A program made the position numbers and the translations under genes. From an uncultured Nitrososphaerota archaeon (lineage in GTDB: Archaea; Thermoproteota; EX4484-205; JAAOZP01): a DNA stretch of 64,000 nucleotides. The DNA lies in assembly GCA_964416155.1 (NCBI GenBank), contig CAYQCW010000004.1, positions 60,584-124,583 on the forward strand. Direction: 5' to 3'. Position 1 is the stretch's first letter. Every line of letters begins with the position of its first letter. Under the pieces are notes generated by a model. That model was not told the origin of the DNA, did no database searches, and saw nothing but the letters and a program-made list of their open reading frames with translations. Positions 1 to 8,766 of the stretch are shown piece by piece.

Positions 1-203
1 TCAAGAGTGCTCTCAACACTAAGGTTGGATCTGCCCCTGACCCACGTTATCTGTATTCTGCCCCAACGGTCTGCTAGAACGATGAACTTGACTCCACCGA
101 GGTCCCTCCTGTCGAGTGCCCAACCGTAGACTCTAACCGTCTTGCCCTCGTCTTCAAGCGTTATGTCAACGCTTCTCTTCCTTTCTCCAAACATTCTCAT
201 CAT
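1..203 (-). CDS. aspS: Aspartyl-tRNA synthetase, N-terminal OB-fold (runs off the window edge)
   Basis: Manual translation: MMRMFGERKRSVDITLEDEGKTVRVYGWALDRRDLGGVKFIVLADRWGRIQI, the class IIb Asp/Asn-RS anticodon-binding motif. Confidence 0.8.
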   Translation of the reverse strand, partial: MMRMFGERKRSVDITLEDEGKTVRVYGWALDRRDLGGVKFIVLADRWGRIQITWVRGRSNLSVESTL

Positions 204-205
204 CT

Positions 206-703
206 TCAGGAAGTCTGAATCCTGACGTTAATACCCAATTTTTTAGCGAGTTTCTCGAGCTTCTGAACCTGCTTCTCATCCCGCTCTTTCCCCTCAACCA
301 TGATTTTAAACTCGGTAATATTACCTGGAAGCCACACCTTGCTTAAGCCAACTATTCTAAACGGGTATACTAGTTCCTCAAGCTTCCTCTTCTGATCCTT
401 CCTGTAATCCACGACTGTTATTTTCTCAACGCCAGTATCCCTCATGATTCTCTCAACAATCTCCTTCCTATCCCTGAAAATCCTCACACCATCGTTATTG
501 CTTAAAATAAGTAGGAAACCGTCTTCAACATGTGTCTTCTTAAACTCGATTTTTTCAAGCTCGCGGATCCTGCTGGCTTCCTCAAGCAGGATCCTTGATA
601 TTTTTAAGTCAAAATCACTATTCCTACCACTATCTATGAGCTCTCTGCATTTCTGACATAAGATTCCGCTTTTCACACAGAAATCGCAGAAAGGTATTTT
701 CAT
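206..703 (-). CDS. Archaeal NusA-like protein with N-terminal Zn finger
   Basis: CxxC-x6-CxxC N-terminus (PFCDFCVKSGILCQKC) followed by a KH-like region; lies upstream of aspS. Confidence 0.75.
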   Translation of the reverse strand: MKIPFCDFCVKSGILCQKCRELIDSGRNSDFDLKISRILLEEASRIRELEKIEFKKTHVEDGFLLILSNNDGVRIFRDRKEIVERIMRDTGVEKITVVDYRKDQKRKLEELVYPFRIVGLSKVWLPGNITEFKIMVEGKERDEKQVQKLEKLAKKLGINVRIQTS

Positions 704-800
704 ATATGGTCTTGTGGGCTATTAAACTCTTTTTAAATCTTCCCTCTTTCCAAAGGCCGCGTAAACCTTTTAAATACTAATTTGAAGCGTGATTTCTGGC

Positions 801-968
801 ATGAAGATAGGCGACCCGGTGCTGATCGAGATCGTTAAGAAACGGAGACTGCGGTTCATGATATGCAGGAACTGCGGCGCTAGGAATGCTATTAATACGA
901 AGAAGTGTAGGAAATGCCACAGTAAAAATTTAAGACCGAAGAGGACTGAGAGGAGAGCCAAGAAATAG
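801..968 (+). CDS. rpl40e: 50S ribosomal protein L40e
   Basis: Not in ORF track; MKIGDPVLIEIVKKRRLRFMICRNCGARNAINTKKCRKCHSKNLRPKR. Confidence 0.95.
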   Translation: MKIGDPVLIEIVKKRRLRFMICRNCGARNAINTKKCRKCHSKNLRPKRTERRAKK

Positions 969-1011
969 GGTGCATAGAAAAGAATATAAAACGGGCGTTG
1001 AGTTTTTAACC

Positions 1012-1105
1012 GGGCCGGTCGTTCAGATGGTTAGGACGCCGCTCTCACACAGCGGAGGTCGCCGGTTCGAAAAATAGGGATTAATCGGAAATCCGGCCCG
1101 GCCCA
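1012..1105 (+). tRNA. tRNA-Val(CAC) with 20-nt intron in the T-loop (1072-1091, position 59/60)
   Basis: Acceptor stem GGGCCGG/CCGGCCC; anticodon arm CCGCT-CTCACAC-AGCGG; T-arm interrupted by a bulge-helix-bulge (TTCG:CGGA helix, AAA and AAT bulges). Confidence 0.93.
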
Positions 1106-1120
1106 TGTTTTCCGCCTCTA

Positions 1121-2377
1121 TTAGATAGTGTAACTTTCTCCGAGCTCCGGGGCTGCTGCGTCAAGCCCGAGACGGTTTCTGGCGTATTCCGCCAATTTCT
1201 CGCAGTTATCTGAATCACCGTGGACTATGAAAGTTTTCTCAGCCTTAATCCTACCTATCAGTTCTTCAAGCTGATCCTTCCCGCTGTGCGAGGAGAGTTC
1301 GAAATGCTTTACTTCAGCCTTGACCTTAGCCAGTTTCCCATCCACCGTCACTATTTTCCTCTCTAGGAGAAGCCTTCCAGGTGTTCCTTCAACCTGGTAG
1401 CTGACGAACGCTATTAGGTTTCTGCTTAATTTCCCAACCTCTTTAAGATAGAAGTTGACAGGGCCTCCTTGAAGCATACCGGCTGGCGTAACGATCACGC
1501 CGGGCCTCTTTAAAGCATCCTCCCTCTGCCTCTGGGTGGTTATCCATGTTACTTGCTTGGCTGCTTTCTCAAGCAGATTAGGGTTGGACAACCATTCTGG
1601 GAAATCAAAAAGTATCTCCGTCACAGTCCTAGCCATGCCGTCGTAATAGACGTTGTGGGGGAAACCGTGTTTAGCAAGTATTGTTATCGCTTCCTGCGAC
1701 CTACCCAGTCCGAAGGCTGGGACAAGCGCTATGCCGCCTCTTTCAACAGTTTCACTAAGCTTTCTGACGAACTTCGCTTCAACCTCCTCCCTGGGAGGAT
1801 GGTTCTTATTCGCGTAAGTGCTTTCAACAATCGCTATGTCGAGTGGAGGATAATCAGTGTAAGCCCCTTTCAGCAGGGTTGTTTCAATCGTGTTAATGTC
1901 TCCGGTGTAAAGCACCCTTTTTCCGTCAAGCTCGAGCAAAACCTGTCCTCCTCCAGGGGTATGGCCTGCTGACAGGAAGACAAGTTTAAAACCGTTTCGA
2001 GAGAACTCCTCCTGGTAACCAAGTTTTCTCGCCTTGCTTACGAACCTGTCTACTTCAAGAACTTCAAACGGAACAGTTTCTTTCGACACCCTTATGAAGT
2101 CTAACAGTATCAGTTTAGCAAGCGGTGCTGTTAAACTTGTTAGGAAAGATTCTCTTCCCCCGCTTATGAAAAATATTGGGGCAGCTCCAACATGATCTAG
2201 ATGGGCATGAGTTATGATTATGCCGTCTACTTCTCTGGGCGGGATATGCATTGGGTATTTAACCTGCCTCCCGGAAAGCATTACTCCAACGTCTAGGAGG
2301 AGGCGTTTCTCCCTGCCCGCTAGATAAACAGCGGATCTTCCTACTTCACGTACTCCGCCAAGAAATTTTATAAGCAT
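1121..2377 (-). CDS. MBL-fold beta-CASP ribonuclease (aCPSF2-like)
   Basis: FLGGVREVGRS, THAHLDH, AGHTPG, YTGD, ESTY, SSHSG and VHGD motifs; start placed at MLIKFLGG. Confidence 0.9.
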   Translation of the reverse strand: MLIKFLGGVREVGRSAVYLAGREKRLLLDVGVMLSGRQVKYPMHIPPREVDGIIITHAHLDHVGAAPIFFISGGRESFLTSLTAPLAKLILLDFIRVSKETVPFEVLEVDRFVSKARKLGYQEEFSRNGFKLVFLSAGHTPGGGQVLLELDGKRVLYTGDINTIETTLLKGAYTDYPPLDIAIVESTYANKNHPPREEVEAKFVRKLSETVERGGIALVPAFGLGRSQEAITILAKHGFPHNVYYDGMARTVTEILFDFPEWLSNPNLLEKAAKQVTWITTQRQREDALKRPGVIVTPAGMLQGGPVNFYLKEVGKLSRNLIAFVSYQVEGTPGRLLLERKIVTVDGKLAKVKAEVKHFELSSHSGKDQLEELIGRIKAEKTFIVHGDSDNCEKLAEYARNRLGLDAAAPELGESYTI

Positions 2378-2458
2378 GTTTCGATCCTCTTCACCGCTTT
2401 CCACCAGCCTTTTATTTAAAGTTTTAATAGGACACCAGCCTTTTCAGAGGGGAAAGGC

Positions 2459-3094
2459 TTGTTGGAGAAAGTTCTTAGAAAAGAGGATTGGACTGCGGAC
2501 TGCATGCTGATATGTCTCCCCGGCATCGGGCTTGTAGGCTTATTGACTGGCGAGCTTCTCATTGAGTCGGCGGTTGAAAACATCCCCCTGCTAGAGCTTT
2601 ATCCCGAGTCTCTCCTATACGTGTCGGTAACCTCTAGGGAAGGTTCCATAACTCTTCCGAAAATAACTGTCAACAAAATCCGCACAGGGGAGTTTAGAGG
2701 CGTTATTATAGTCAGGGGAGCTTCTCAGCCTACAACTCAATTTGGCCAGTATGAGTTGGCTAGAAGGCTAGTGGATGTTGCGGAAGAATCGGGGGTCAGG
2801 ATCGTCATAGGTATAGGCGGGTACGCAATAACCCGTGTTGGCGAGAAAAGAAAAGTCTATATTTCTTCGACCAACTGGAGGATTTCAATGCTGGGGGCCT
2901 CCCTCGGGTTCCTGCCTTTAAGAGGTACCGTGGTGGGGGCTGCTGGCCTAATACCTGGGCTTGCAAGCCTGCATGGTTTGGATAGCGCGTGCATTCTCGT
3001 GGAGACTAATGGGGAGAGCCCCGACCTTGCTGCCGCTAAAACAGCGCAGAGTGGTGTCCTCAGCTTTCTTAAAAAATATTTTTCCGAGGATTAA
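2459..3094 (+). CDS. PAC2 family proteasome assembly chaperone
   Basis: LPGIGLVG N-terminal motif, IGGY, GTVVGAAGL, ET..PD..AA. Confidence 0.85.
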   Translation: MLEKVLRKEDWTADCMLICLPGIGLVGLLTGELLIESAVENIPLLELYPESLLYVSVTSREGSITLPKITVNKIRTGEFRGVIIVRGASQPTTQFGQYELARRLVDVAEESGVRIVIGIGGYAITRVGEKRKVYISSTNWRISMLGASLGFLPLRGTVVGAAGLIPGLASLHGLDSACILVETNGESPDLAAAKTAQSGVLSFLKKYFSED

Positions 3095-3555
3095 GCAGGA
3101 GGAACCTGTTCTCTCTCTACGGAACTCTCCTTAATGAAATCATTATATATTTCGCTCACCTTCTCGGCGGCCAGCCCGCTTCCCTCTACAACACCATTCT
3201 CAGTAACCCTTATCCTGTTCATCACTATTATGACTCCAGCCTCCTCGTTGTACTGAACCATTTTCGGGAAGACTCTTTCTATTCTTTCAGCAAGCTTCCT
3301 TAAATCCAGTATCACTGTCCTCACTTCTATTCTCTTAACATCATTCCCGTTGAGTACCGCCTTAGGAATCTTCTTGCCTCCTTTCAACTCCACATCGTTC
3401 AAAATCACTGAAAAAGTATCAATATCTAGCGAAGCTAAAACCCCTAGGAGCTCCTCTCCGCCCTGAGTGACGACTGCGACTTTCTTGCCTATTAAACGAT
3501 TAATCTCTGTCATGAACCCTGTTCTCATCATTTTAACATCACTTTTACAGTACAC
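3091..3555 (-). CDS. Augmented Sm-like protein (SmAP3/Lsm)
   Basis: Sm1/Sm2 motifs plus C-terminal domain (IERVFPKMV...IRVTENGVVEGSG); true start may be about 3529. Confidence 0.85.
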   Translation of the reverse strand: MYCKSDVKMMRTGFMTEINRLIGKKVAVVTQGGEELLGVLASLDIDTFSVILNDVELKGGKKIPKAVLNGNDVKRIEVRTVILDLRKLAERIERVFPKMVQYNEEAGVIIVMNRIRVTENGVVEGSGLAAEKVSEIYNDFIKESSVEREQVPPA

Positions 3556-3613
3556 TCCCTGTTTTTAATACTTTCTGAAGTATAGGGCTTATTCTAAAAC
3601 ATAGCTTTTTTTC

Positions 3614-4567
3614 ATGGCTACTTTTATTTCTCTACCAATAGTATTTCTAGAAATGAAGCAGGAAACTGTTCAACCATTTGCCTCAGCCAAATGTCCAAAC
3701 TGCAACTCCCAGCTGGTTAACTCGGAGAACGAGCTTGTCTGCAGCAAGTGTGGCCTAGTAGTCGACTTCCTAGACAAGTACGTCGCATCCTACGATCAGG
3801 ATCACGCGTTTCATGGAGACTCCTGCTACGGGAGTCTGATTGCGGAAAGCGGTTTCAAAAACGATGTCTCTAGGCTTCAGAGAAACATTTTCTACTCGGC
3901 CACTAGGAAGGAGAACGAGCTGAAATGGATAATAGACAAGGTCTGTAGCAATTTTCACCTGGGGCCTTCGATAAGATTGTTTTCACATAGTATTGGTTTA
4001 ACACTGCTGCGTAATTCTAAAAGTAGAAAGATCAACTTGGCGGCAGTTGCAACATACTCCGTGGTCAGCGCAGCGAGGTCCTGCAGTTTAAACATAGTTC
4101 CACACTATAAGAAGATACAGGCGTACCTGTGCGGCATAGGTTTTAAAATCCGGCCGAGGGACCTTTTCAACGCGATTTCTATTGCAAGGGAAGTTGGGAT
4201 TGTGGAAGCAAAATACGATACTGGTAAAACAATCAACGAGATAATATCTCTGGTAATGAGGAATAATCGGAAGCTTCAGGCCCTCGCTGAAAGAGAAATG
4301 TTTCTAAACATTCTTAGGGCGGTGTCAATCAGGCTCTTCAACGATTTAAAATCTAAGCACTATTATTTTCATGGTAAAAACCCCATGATATGTTTAGCAG
4401 CCGCTGTCTACGCAGCTTCGAAGGAGGCTGCGGCTATGTTGAAAATCAAAAATCCTGTGACTCAGAGGGAGCTAGCTGGGTACGTGGGGTATGCTGAGTA
4501 CAGCGTTAGAGAAACATATGAAGAGTTTTTCGGAAAAACTCTCAACCTGTTGAATCCTGCCGTTTAA
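3614..4567 (+). CDS. Divergent transcription initiation factor IIB (TFB) paralog
   Basis: Zn ribbon CPNC...VCSKCGLVV, two cyclin-like repeats, GKNP..LAAAVY, C-terminal HTH TQRELA...EYSVR; start may be 3653. Confidence 0.8.
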   Translation: MATFISLPIVFLEMKQETVQPFASAKCPNCNSQLVNSENELVCSKCGLVVDFLDKYVASYDQDHAFHGDSCYGSLIAESGFKNDVSRLQRNIFYSATRKENELKWIIDKVCSNFHLGPSIRLFSHSIGLTLLRNSKSRKINLAAVATYSVVSAARSCSLNIVPHYKKIQAYLCGIGFKIRPRDLFNAISIAREVGIVEAKYDTGKTINEIISLVMRNNRKLQALAEREMFLNILRAVSIRLFNDLKSKHYYFHGKNPMICLAAAVYAASKEAAAMLKIKNPVTQRELAGYVGYAEYSVRETYEEFFGKTLNLLNPAV

Positions 4568-4991
4568 CCGTGTTGTGAACACGTTCGAATACGAAGAAGC
4601 CTTCAGAATCGCTCACGCGGAGCCTGCACGCGATTTCTACTGAAAACTCTTCCTCACGGGTTTCAATAGTATAGTCAAACTGGACAATTATTTCAAACTC
4701 TTTGAAACATTCTTCATGAAGATTTTCCGTTTTGAAACGTTCCATCTTGTCCATCAGGTTTTTCTTAAACTCGGAGAAATTGCCTCGGGAAGAACCCATG
4801 CTTACTTCCGCAATGTTTTCCACGCTGTTGAAAATATCTTTTGCCAAAGAATCGGCTAAAAGGAGCCTCGCCCTCTGTTTTAAAAAGCCTACTAGAAGGA
4901 TGCTTCCTGATTGAACCGTCAGGTTCACTATCAACAATGACACCATGATGATTGTCGAGCCGACTATAGGTATCATCCATGTTTTAATCAT
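4542..4991 (-). CDS. Single N-terminal TM protein, putative minor pilin
   Basis: Hydrophobic N-terminal helix; last gene of the small-gene operon divergent from the pilus ATPase. Confidence 0.5.
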   Translation of the reverse strand: MIKTWMIPIVGSTIIMVSLLIVNLTVQSGSILLVGFLKQRARLLLADSLAKDIFNSVENIAEVSMGSSRGNFSEFKKNLMDKMERFKTENLHEECFKEFEIIVQFDYTIETREEEFSVEIACRLRVSDSEGFFVFERVHNTVKRQDSTG

Positions 4992-5371
4992 TTTTCAACA
5001 CTCACCACTATACACACGGTATCTTCGCTGCTGACTCTGATTATTCGAACAAGTCTAGTGCACTGTTCCCAAGGATTATTCGAGGCCTGCTTGTTCTCCA
5101 CCACTATTCTTCCATTCTTCTTACTCAGAAGCTCTATTTTGCTCCACTCAACCCTGTTAGAGCTCAGGATACTGATGACTTCGCGGAGCAGGGCTTCAGA
5201 ATCAGCCAGGTTTCGAGGAGGAATCTTCGCGAGGCTGCTCTCTAAAGCCAAGTCTGTTCTCATCGTTTCTATTTTTTCAAACAGGGTTCTGATGCTTTGC
5301 GAGACGGTTATTATCGGTATTAACAGGAGAGTGCTTAGGACGATTGCAATAATGCCCTCTAAAAACTGCAT
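4988..5371 (-). CDS. Putative minor pilin-like protein
   Basis: Starts MQFLEGIIAIVLSTLLLI, like a mature archaeal pilin N-terminus (Q..E then hydrophobic). Confidence 0.55.
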   Translation of the reverse strand: MQFLEGIIAIVLSTLLLIPIITVSQSIRTLFEKIETMRTDLALESSLAKIPPRNLADSEALLREVISILSSNRVEWSKIELLSKKNGRIVVENKQASNNPWEQCTRLVRIIRVSSEDTVCIVVSVEK

Positions 5372-5377
5372 TCTTCT

Positions 5378-5509
5378 TCACACTTGCTCGGCCAACCAGG
5401 TTAGTGTGGAAACATTATTTAAGGTGAGAAGAACAGCCAACGCTAGTTCTAAGACTAGCAGAAAAATCAGGAATGATGAAGCTAGGAAATCTAGAAGCTT
5501 GTCGCTCAT
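5378..5509 (-). CDS. 43-aa hydrophobic small protein, putative pilin-like
   Basis: Not in ORF track; MSDKLLDFLASSFLIFLLVLELALAVLLTLNNVSTLTWLAEQV; ATGA overlap with the upstream gene and fills the gap in the operon. Confidence 0.6.
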   Translation of the reverse strand: MSDKLLDFLASSFLIFLLVLELALAVLLTLNNVSTLTWLAEQV

Positions 5510-5886
5510 CGTTTGGTTAAAACAAACCCGTTCTCCGATGTTTTAACAGAGTATGCTCCACCCGGCTCTAAAGACACGTTGTTAAACCTGTATTTCCAGG
5601 TCCCGTGGAAGACTCGAATCCCATGAATCACGATAGAGTATTCATTATCCTTAAGCAGGATCGTATAGTTGAACAAGAGTGTTCTTGGAATAGATAGTGT
5701 GAATTCCCCCCCATACTCTGCTGAAAGATCAGCATGTTTCCCTATTAAAAACAGGATGCTGTTAAAAACATTGTTTAAGCAAACTGTTCTAACAGTATTT
5801 GCGGCGTAGAGCAGTGTAAAGCTTGCCGTGAGTGTTAAAGATATCCAGAGAGCGTCTTTCAAATGTTCCTCGAGAATCTCGTTCAA
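5506..5886 (-). CDS. Putative minor pilin-like protein
   Basis: N-terminal hydrophobic helix then beta-rich globular part; GGTGA RBS upstream of the TTG start. Confidence 0.55.
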   Translation of the reverse strand: MNEILEEHLKDALWISLTLTASFTLLYAANTVRTVCLNNVFNSILFLIGKHADLSAEYGGEFTLSIPRTLLFNYTILLKDNEYSIVIHGIRVFHGTWKYRFNNVSLEPGGAYSVKTSENGFVLTKR

Positions 5887-5897
5887 GCTGTTTCACC

Positions 5898-6041
5898 CTA
5901 GCCTGCAGCAAGCAGTTTAGCCACGCTTTCATAAATCTGCTTAAGCAGGGGTATCACTCGCTCCGATAAGTAGGCTAAGCCTAGCCCAAGGAGTACTGTA
6001 GAAAGCAGTATTAGCAAGGTTTTCTCAAGCAGGCTGCTCAA
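5898..6041 (-). CDS. 47-aa Flp-like small pilin candidate
   Basis: Not in ORF track; TTG start behind AGGAGG RBS; MSSLLEKTLLILLSTVLLGLGLAYLSERVIPLLKQIYESVAKLLAAG. Confidence 0.65.
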   Translation of the reverse strand: MSSLLEKTLLILLSTVLLGLGLAYLSERVIPLLKQIYESVAKLLAAG

Positions 6042-6176
6042 AGGTATCCCTCCTCTTGAGCCGTTCAGCCTCCGCGTGCATTTTTAACCCCGAGTTATAC
6101 CAGGGTCACGAGCCTTATAACCGCCAACGGGTCAGTATTGGTGAATAAATAGGTTTTCCACCATTCTGGTTTGTAA

Positions 6177-6326
6177 ATGATCTTTCAAGACGACCTGCTG
6201 GTTAACGCAATACTTCAGGAGATAGAGGATTTAAAGGTTAGCATAGGGAAGTTGAACACTAGAATTTTAAATCTTGAGAAGAAGTATTGGGAGTTGAGCG
6301 AGCTCGTAAAGGTTGCTCCAAAATGA
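6177..6326 (+). CDS. 49-aa coiled-coil protein coupled to the pilus ATPase
   Basis: Not in ORF track; MIFQDDLLVNAILQEIEDLKVSIGKLNTRILNLEKKYWELSELVKVAPK; heptad pattern; ATGA overlap with the ATPase start. Confidence 0.65.
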   Translation: MIFQDDLLVNAILQEIEDLKVSIGKLNTRILNLEKKYWELSELVKVAPK

Positions 6327-8203
6327 GCAGTGTCCAACAGGATTCTCTACATGCTGGTTTTGAAAGTAAATGGGTTTTGGACAGTAGAGGTAAAACCTTG
6401 TATCTGTCATACCCGGAATCCCAGGAAACGGATCCGTGGCTTATCTGCGACATTATGCATAAGCTCACGTATTTCAAGCCGGAGAGAATACTGGTGTGTG
6501 CTAAAGGGCGTTTGCTAGAAGTCCGGGAGCAATATGTTGAACTGTTAAAGGATTTCTCTAGAGGGGTTGAAAAGGAGAAGGAGGAGCTTTACAAAAGACT
6601 TTTGGAGAAACATGATGAGAATATCCTTGATTTGAAAACTGCTCGAGGAATGCTTTCCATCAGGCCATTCTATGGGATCGTATATTCTCAGCAGTTACTG
6701 CGATTTCCAGTATCCGTTGAACTTTTCTCTGAACGCAGTCTTCAAGAATTTGAAATGGCTTTTCAAGGCTCGCGGCAGGCTGAACACAGCTACGTGCTTG
6801 GCCACTTGTTGTACTGTGTGAATGCTAAAGACGGTTCCTACAGGGTTTTTTTCAAGTCTGACGATTACTTCTGGGTTGAAAAGGAGCTTTCAAAAATTCT
6901 GCGCCTCGCCTACTCTAAGAGAATGCTTAGAACCGGGAGGCTTAAAGACATATTTAGCTACAGGTTTAAAGCCGGCTTAAGGTTTCTGAAGGTTTTAACG
7001 CAGGTGGAGGCGGGGGAGCCGGCAAGCTCCATAGTTAGGCATGCCGTATACTCTTCCATAGGCTTGTCGAAAATATATCCCTTGTTGAATGATAGCGGTG
7101 TTCAGTGTTTCTTCCTAGACGATGTTGGGAAGAGGGTTTACGTTAACCATGCCCGTTTCGGAAGGCTTAGTACAAACCTCGTGTTTAAAGAAAGGGATTT
7201 TGAAAGCCTCGTGTCACTCGTGAAAAGAGAGTCCGGCCTAAACCTGGATTACTCTAACCCCTCGATTAAAACCGCTATTGTCTTCGACAGGGTTTTGACA
7301 AGGGTGTCAATAGATGTTCCTCCCCTAGCTTTGGGAAAAGGCGTATTAGATGTGCGGAAACACGTGACTAACGTGCTTCACCTAAGGGACCTTTTAGAAT
7401 CAGGATATTTTTCAGTTGAGTCTGCAGCGTTCCTAATCTTCGCCATTCTCAACCGTGCCAACATATCTATCGTGGGGGAGCCGAATTCTGGGAAAACTTC
7501 TCTTCTGAACTTTCTAAGCTACTTCGCTCCCTCATGGTGGCGTATAGTGCATGTTGAGGATGCTCTTGAAACGCTTCCCCCAAGGGTTTTCGACCAGCAT
7601 AGAGTAGTGTACGTTGTGGAGCCGTTTGAAACCAAGGGGGGAAGCAACACTAAGACACTTGAAATAATTAAGGCGCTTCACAGGACTCCCTCCTACCTTA
7701 TACTGGGGGAGGTTCAAACCGAGAGTCATGTTAAGGCAATGTTCCGCGCTGTCTCAGCCGGCCTGAGAATAATGCATACTGCGCACGCCGCTTCCAGCAA
7801 GGGCTTCGTTAAAAGGCTTTTAGACGTTTACAATATTCCTAGAATACTGCTTTCGGAGCTTGATCTGCTAATCGTCATGAAGAAGCTTGAAGCAAATAAT
7901 TTTGTTAAACGGTTTATGGGGGAAATTGCTGTGATAGATGGAGATTCGAGTCTCACCGAAATATTTTCGAGGCATACTGTTACGGATGAGTTGTGCTGCT
8001 ACCCTGGACTGGAGGTCTCAGGATTCTTCGGGAAACTGGCTGGTTTAAGCTGCATCGATGAGAAAAATCTTTACGGAGAGTATGAAGCTATCTTGAAAGT
8101 GGTTGAGGAGAACCGTTTTTCAGATAATTTCACCGTTAAAAGGCTTGTCCAAAAAATCCATGTGGGAATGCTTGGGAAGATTGGAGGGGGTTTTCAAAGA
8201 TGA
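6323..8203 (+). CDS. Type II/IV secretion / pilus assembly ATPase (VirB11/TadA/CpaF family)
   Basis: Walker A GEPNSGKT, Asp box HVEDALE, Walker B LILGEVQ, His box MHTAHA. Confidence 0.9.
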   Translation: MSSVQQDSLHAGFESKWVLDSRGKTLYLSYPESQETDPWLICDIMHKLTYFKPERILVCAKGRLLEVREQYVELLKDFSRGVEKEKEELYKRLLEKHDENILDLKTARGMLSIRPFYGIVYSQQLLRFPVSVELFSERSLQEFEMAFQGSRQAEHSYVLGHLLYCVNAKDGSYRVFFKSDDYFWVEKELSKILRLAYSKRMLRTGRLKDIFSYRFKAGLRFLKVLTQVEAGEPASSIVRHAVYSSIGLSKIYPLLNDSGVQCFFLDDVGKRVYVNHARFGRLSTNLVFKERDFESLVSLVKRESGLNLDYSNPSIKTAIVFDRVLTRVSIDVPPLALGKGVLDVRKHVTNVLHLRDLLESGYFSVESAAFLIFAILNRANISIVGEPNSGKTSLLNFLSYFAPSWWRIVHVEDALETLPPRVFDQHRVVYVVEPFETKGGSNTKTLEIIKALHRTPSYLILGEVQTESHVKAMFRAVSAGLRIMHTAHAASSKGFVKRLLDVYNIPRILLSELDLLIVMKKLEANNFVKRFMGEIAVIDGDSSLTEIFSRHTVTDELCCYPGLEVSGFFGKLAGLSCIDEKNLYGEYEAILKVVEENRFSDNFTVKRLVQKIHVGMLGKIGGGFQR

Positions 8204-8766
8204 TCTTGCGAGGGCTTTTAAGGAAAATTTTTAACGATGAGGATAAGCATTCCTATGAAGTAACAACTCCGATCGTGGCTGAAATAATAGTGGCCCAATC
8301 CGCATATAACAACCTTTACAGAACTATTCGCGACGTTTCAAGTAAAGACTATGAGGTTTTTTCCACAGCCCTTTTTCATTGTCTGGAACAGAGTCTGAAC
8401 GGTGCGGATATTCAGAGAATGTTGAACAAGGCTCTCCGGAAACACCCGGATCTGCTGAACGCGATTACTCATGTGGTTCAAAACACTCCTAGGCAGAGAG
8501 TCGATCCGGAGGAGACTCTAATGCTGTTCAGAATCCTTGAGTCGAAAGCCAGGATGAAATACCGTGAGTACACGTTGAAGCTTAACTCCATGGTTTCCCT
8601 ATTCTTCTTCTACGTGTTTCTCGTTCCAACACCGATAATATTGGCCTCTGGGTTTTCACCCGAGGCTTCAATCATCATGTTCTCCGGGTTTTTCATCATA
8701 AGCATGATGGTATTCAGAATCTTTTTCAACAAGATCGGAAGGGTTAGGAGTGTCCTGCTGGGTTGA
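8200..8766 (+). CDS. TadB/TadC-like pilus platform membrane protein
   Basis: Helical cytoplasmic region plus two C-terminal TM helices; overlaps the ATPase stop. Confidence 0.65.
   Translation: MILRGLLRKIFNDEDKHSYEVTTPIVAEIIVAQSAYNNLYRTIRDVSSKDYEVFSTALFHCLEQSLNGADIQRMLNKALRKHPDLLNAITHVVQNTPRQRVDPEETLMLFRILESKARMKYREYTLKLNSMVSLFFFYVFLVPTPIILASGFSPEASIIMFSGFFIISMMVFRIFFNKIGRVRSVLLG

Noticed and set aside
770-961. 63-aa hydrophobic minus-strand ORF
   Set aside because: Antisense to rpl40e.
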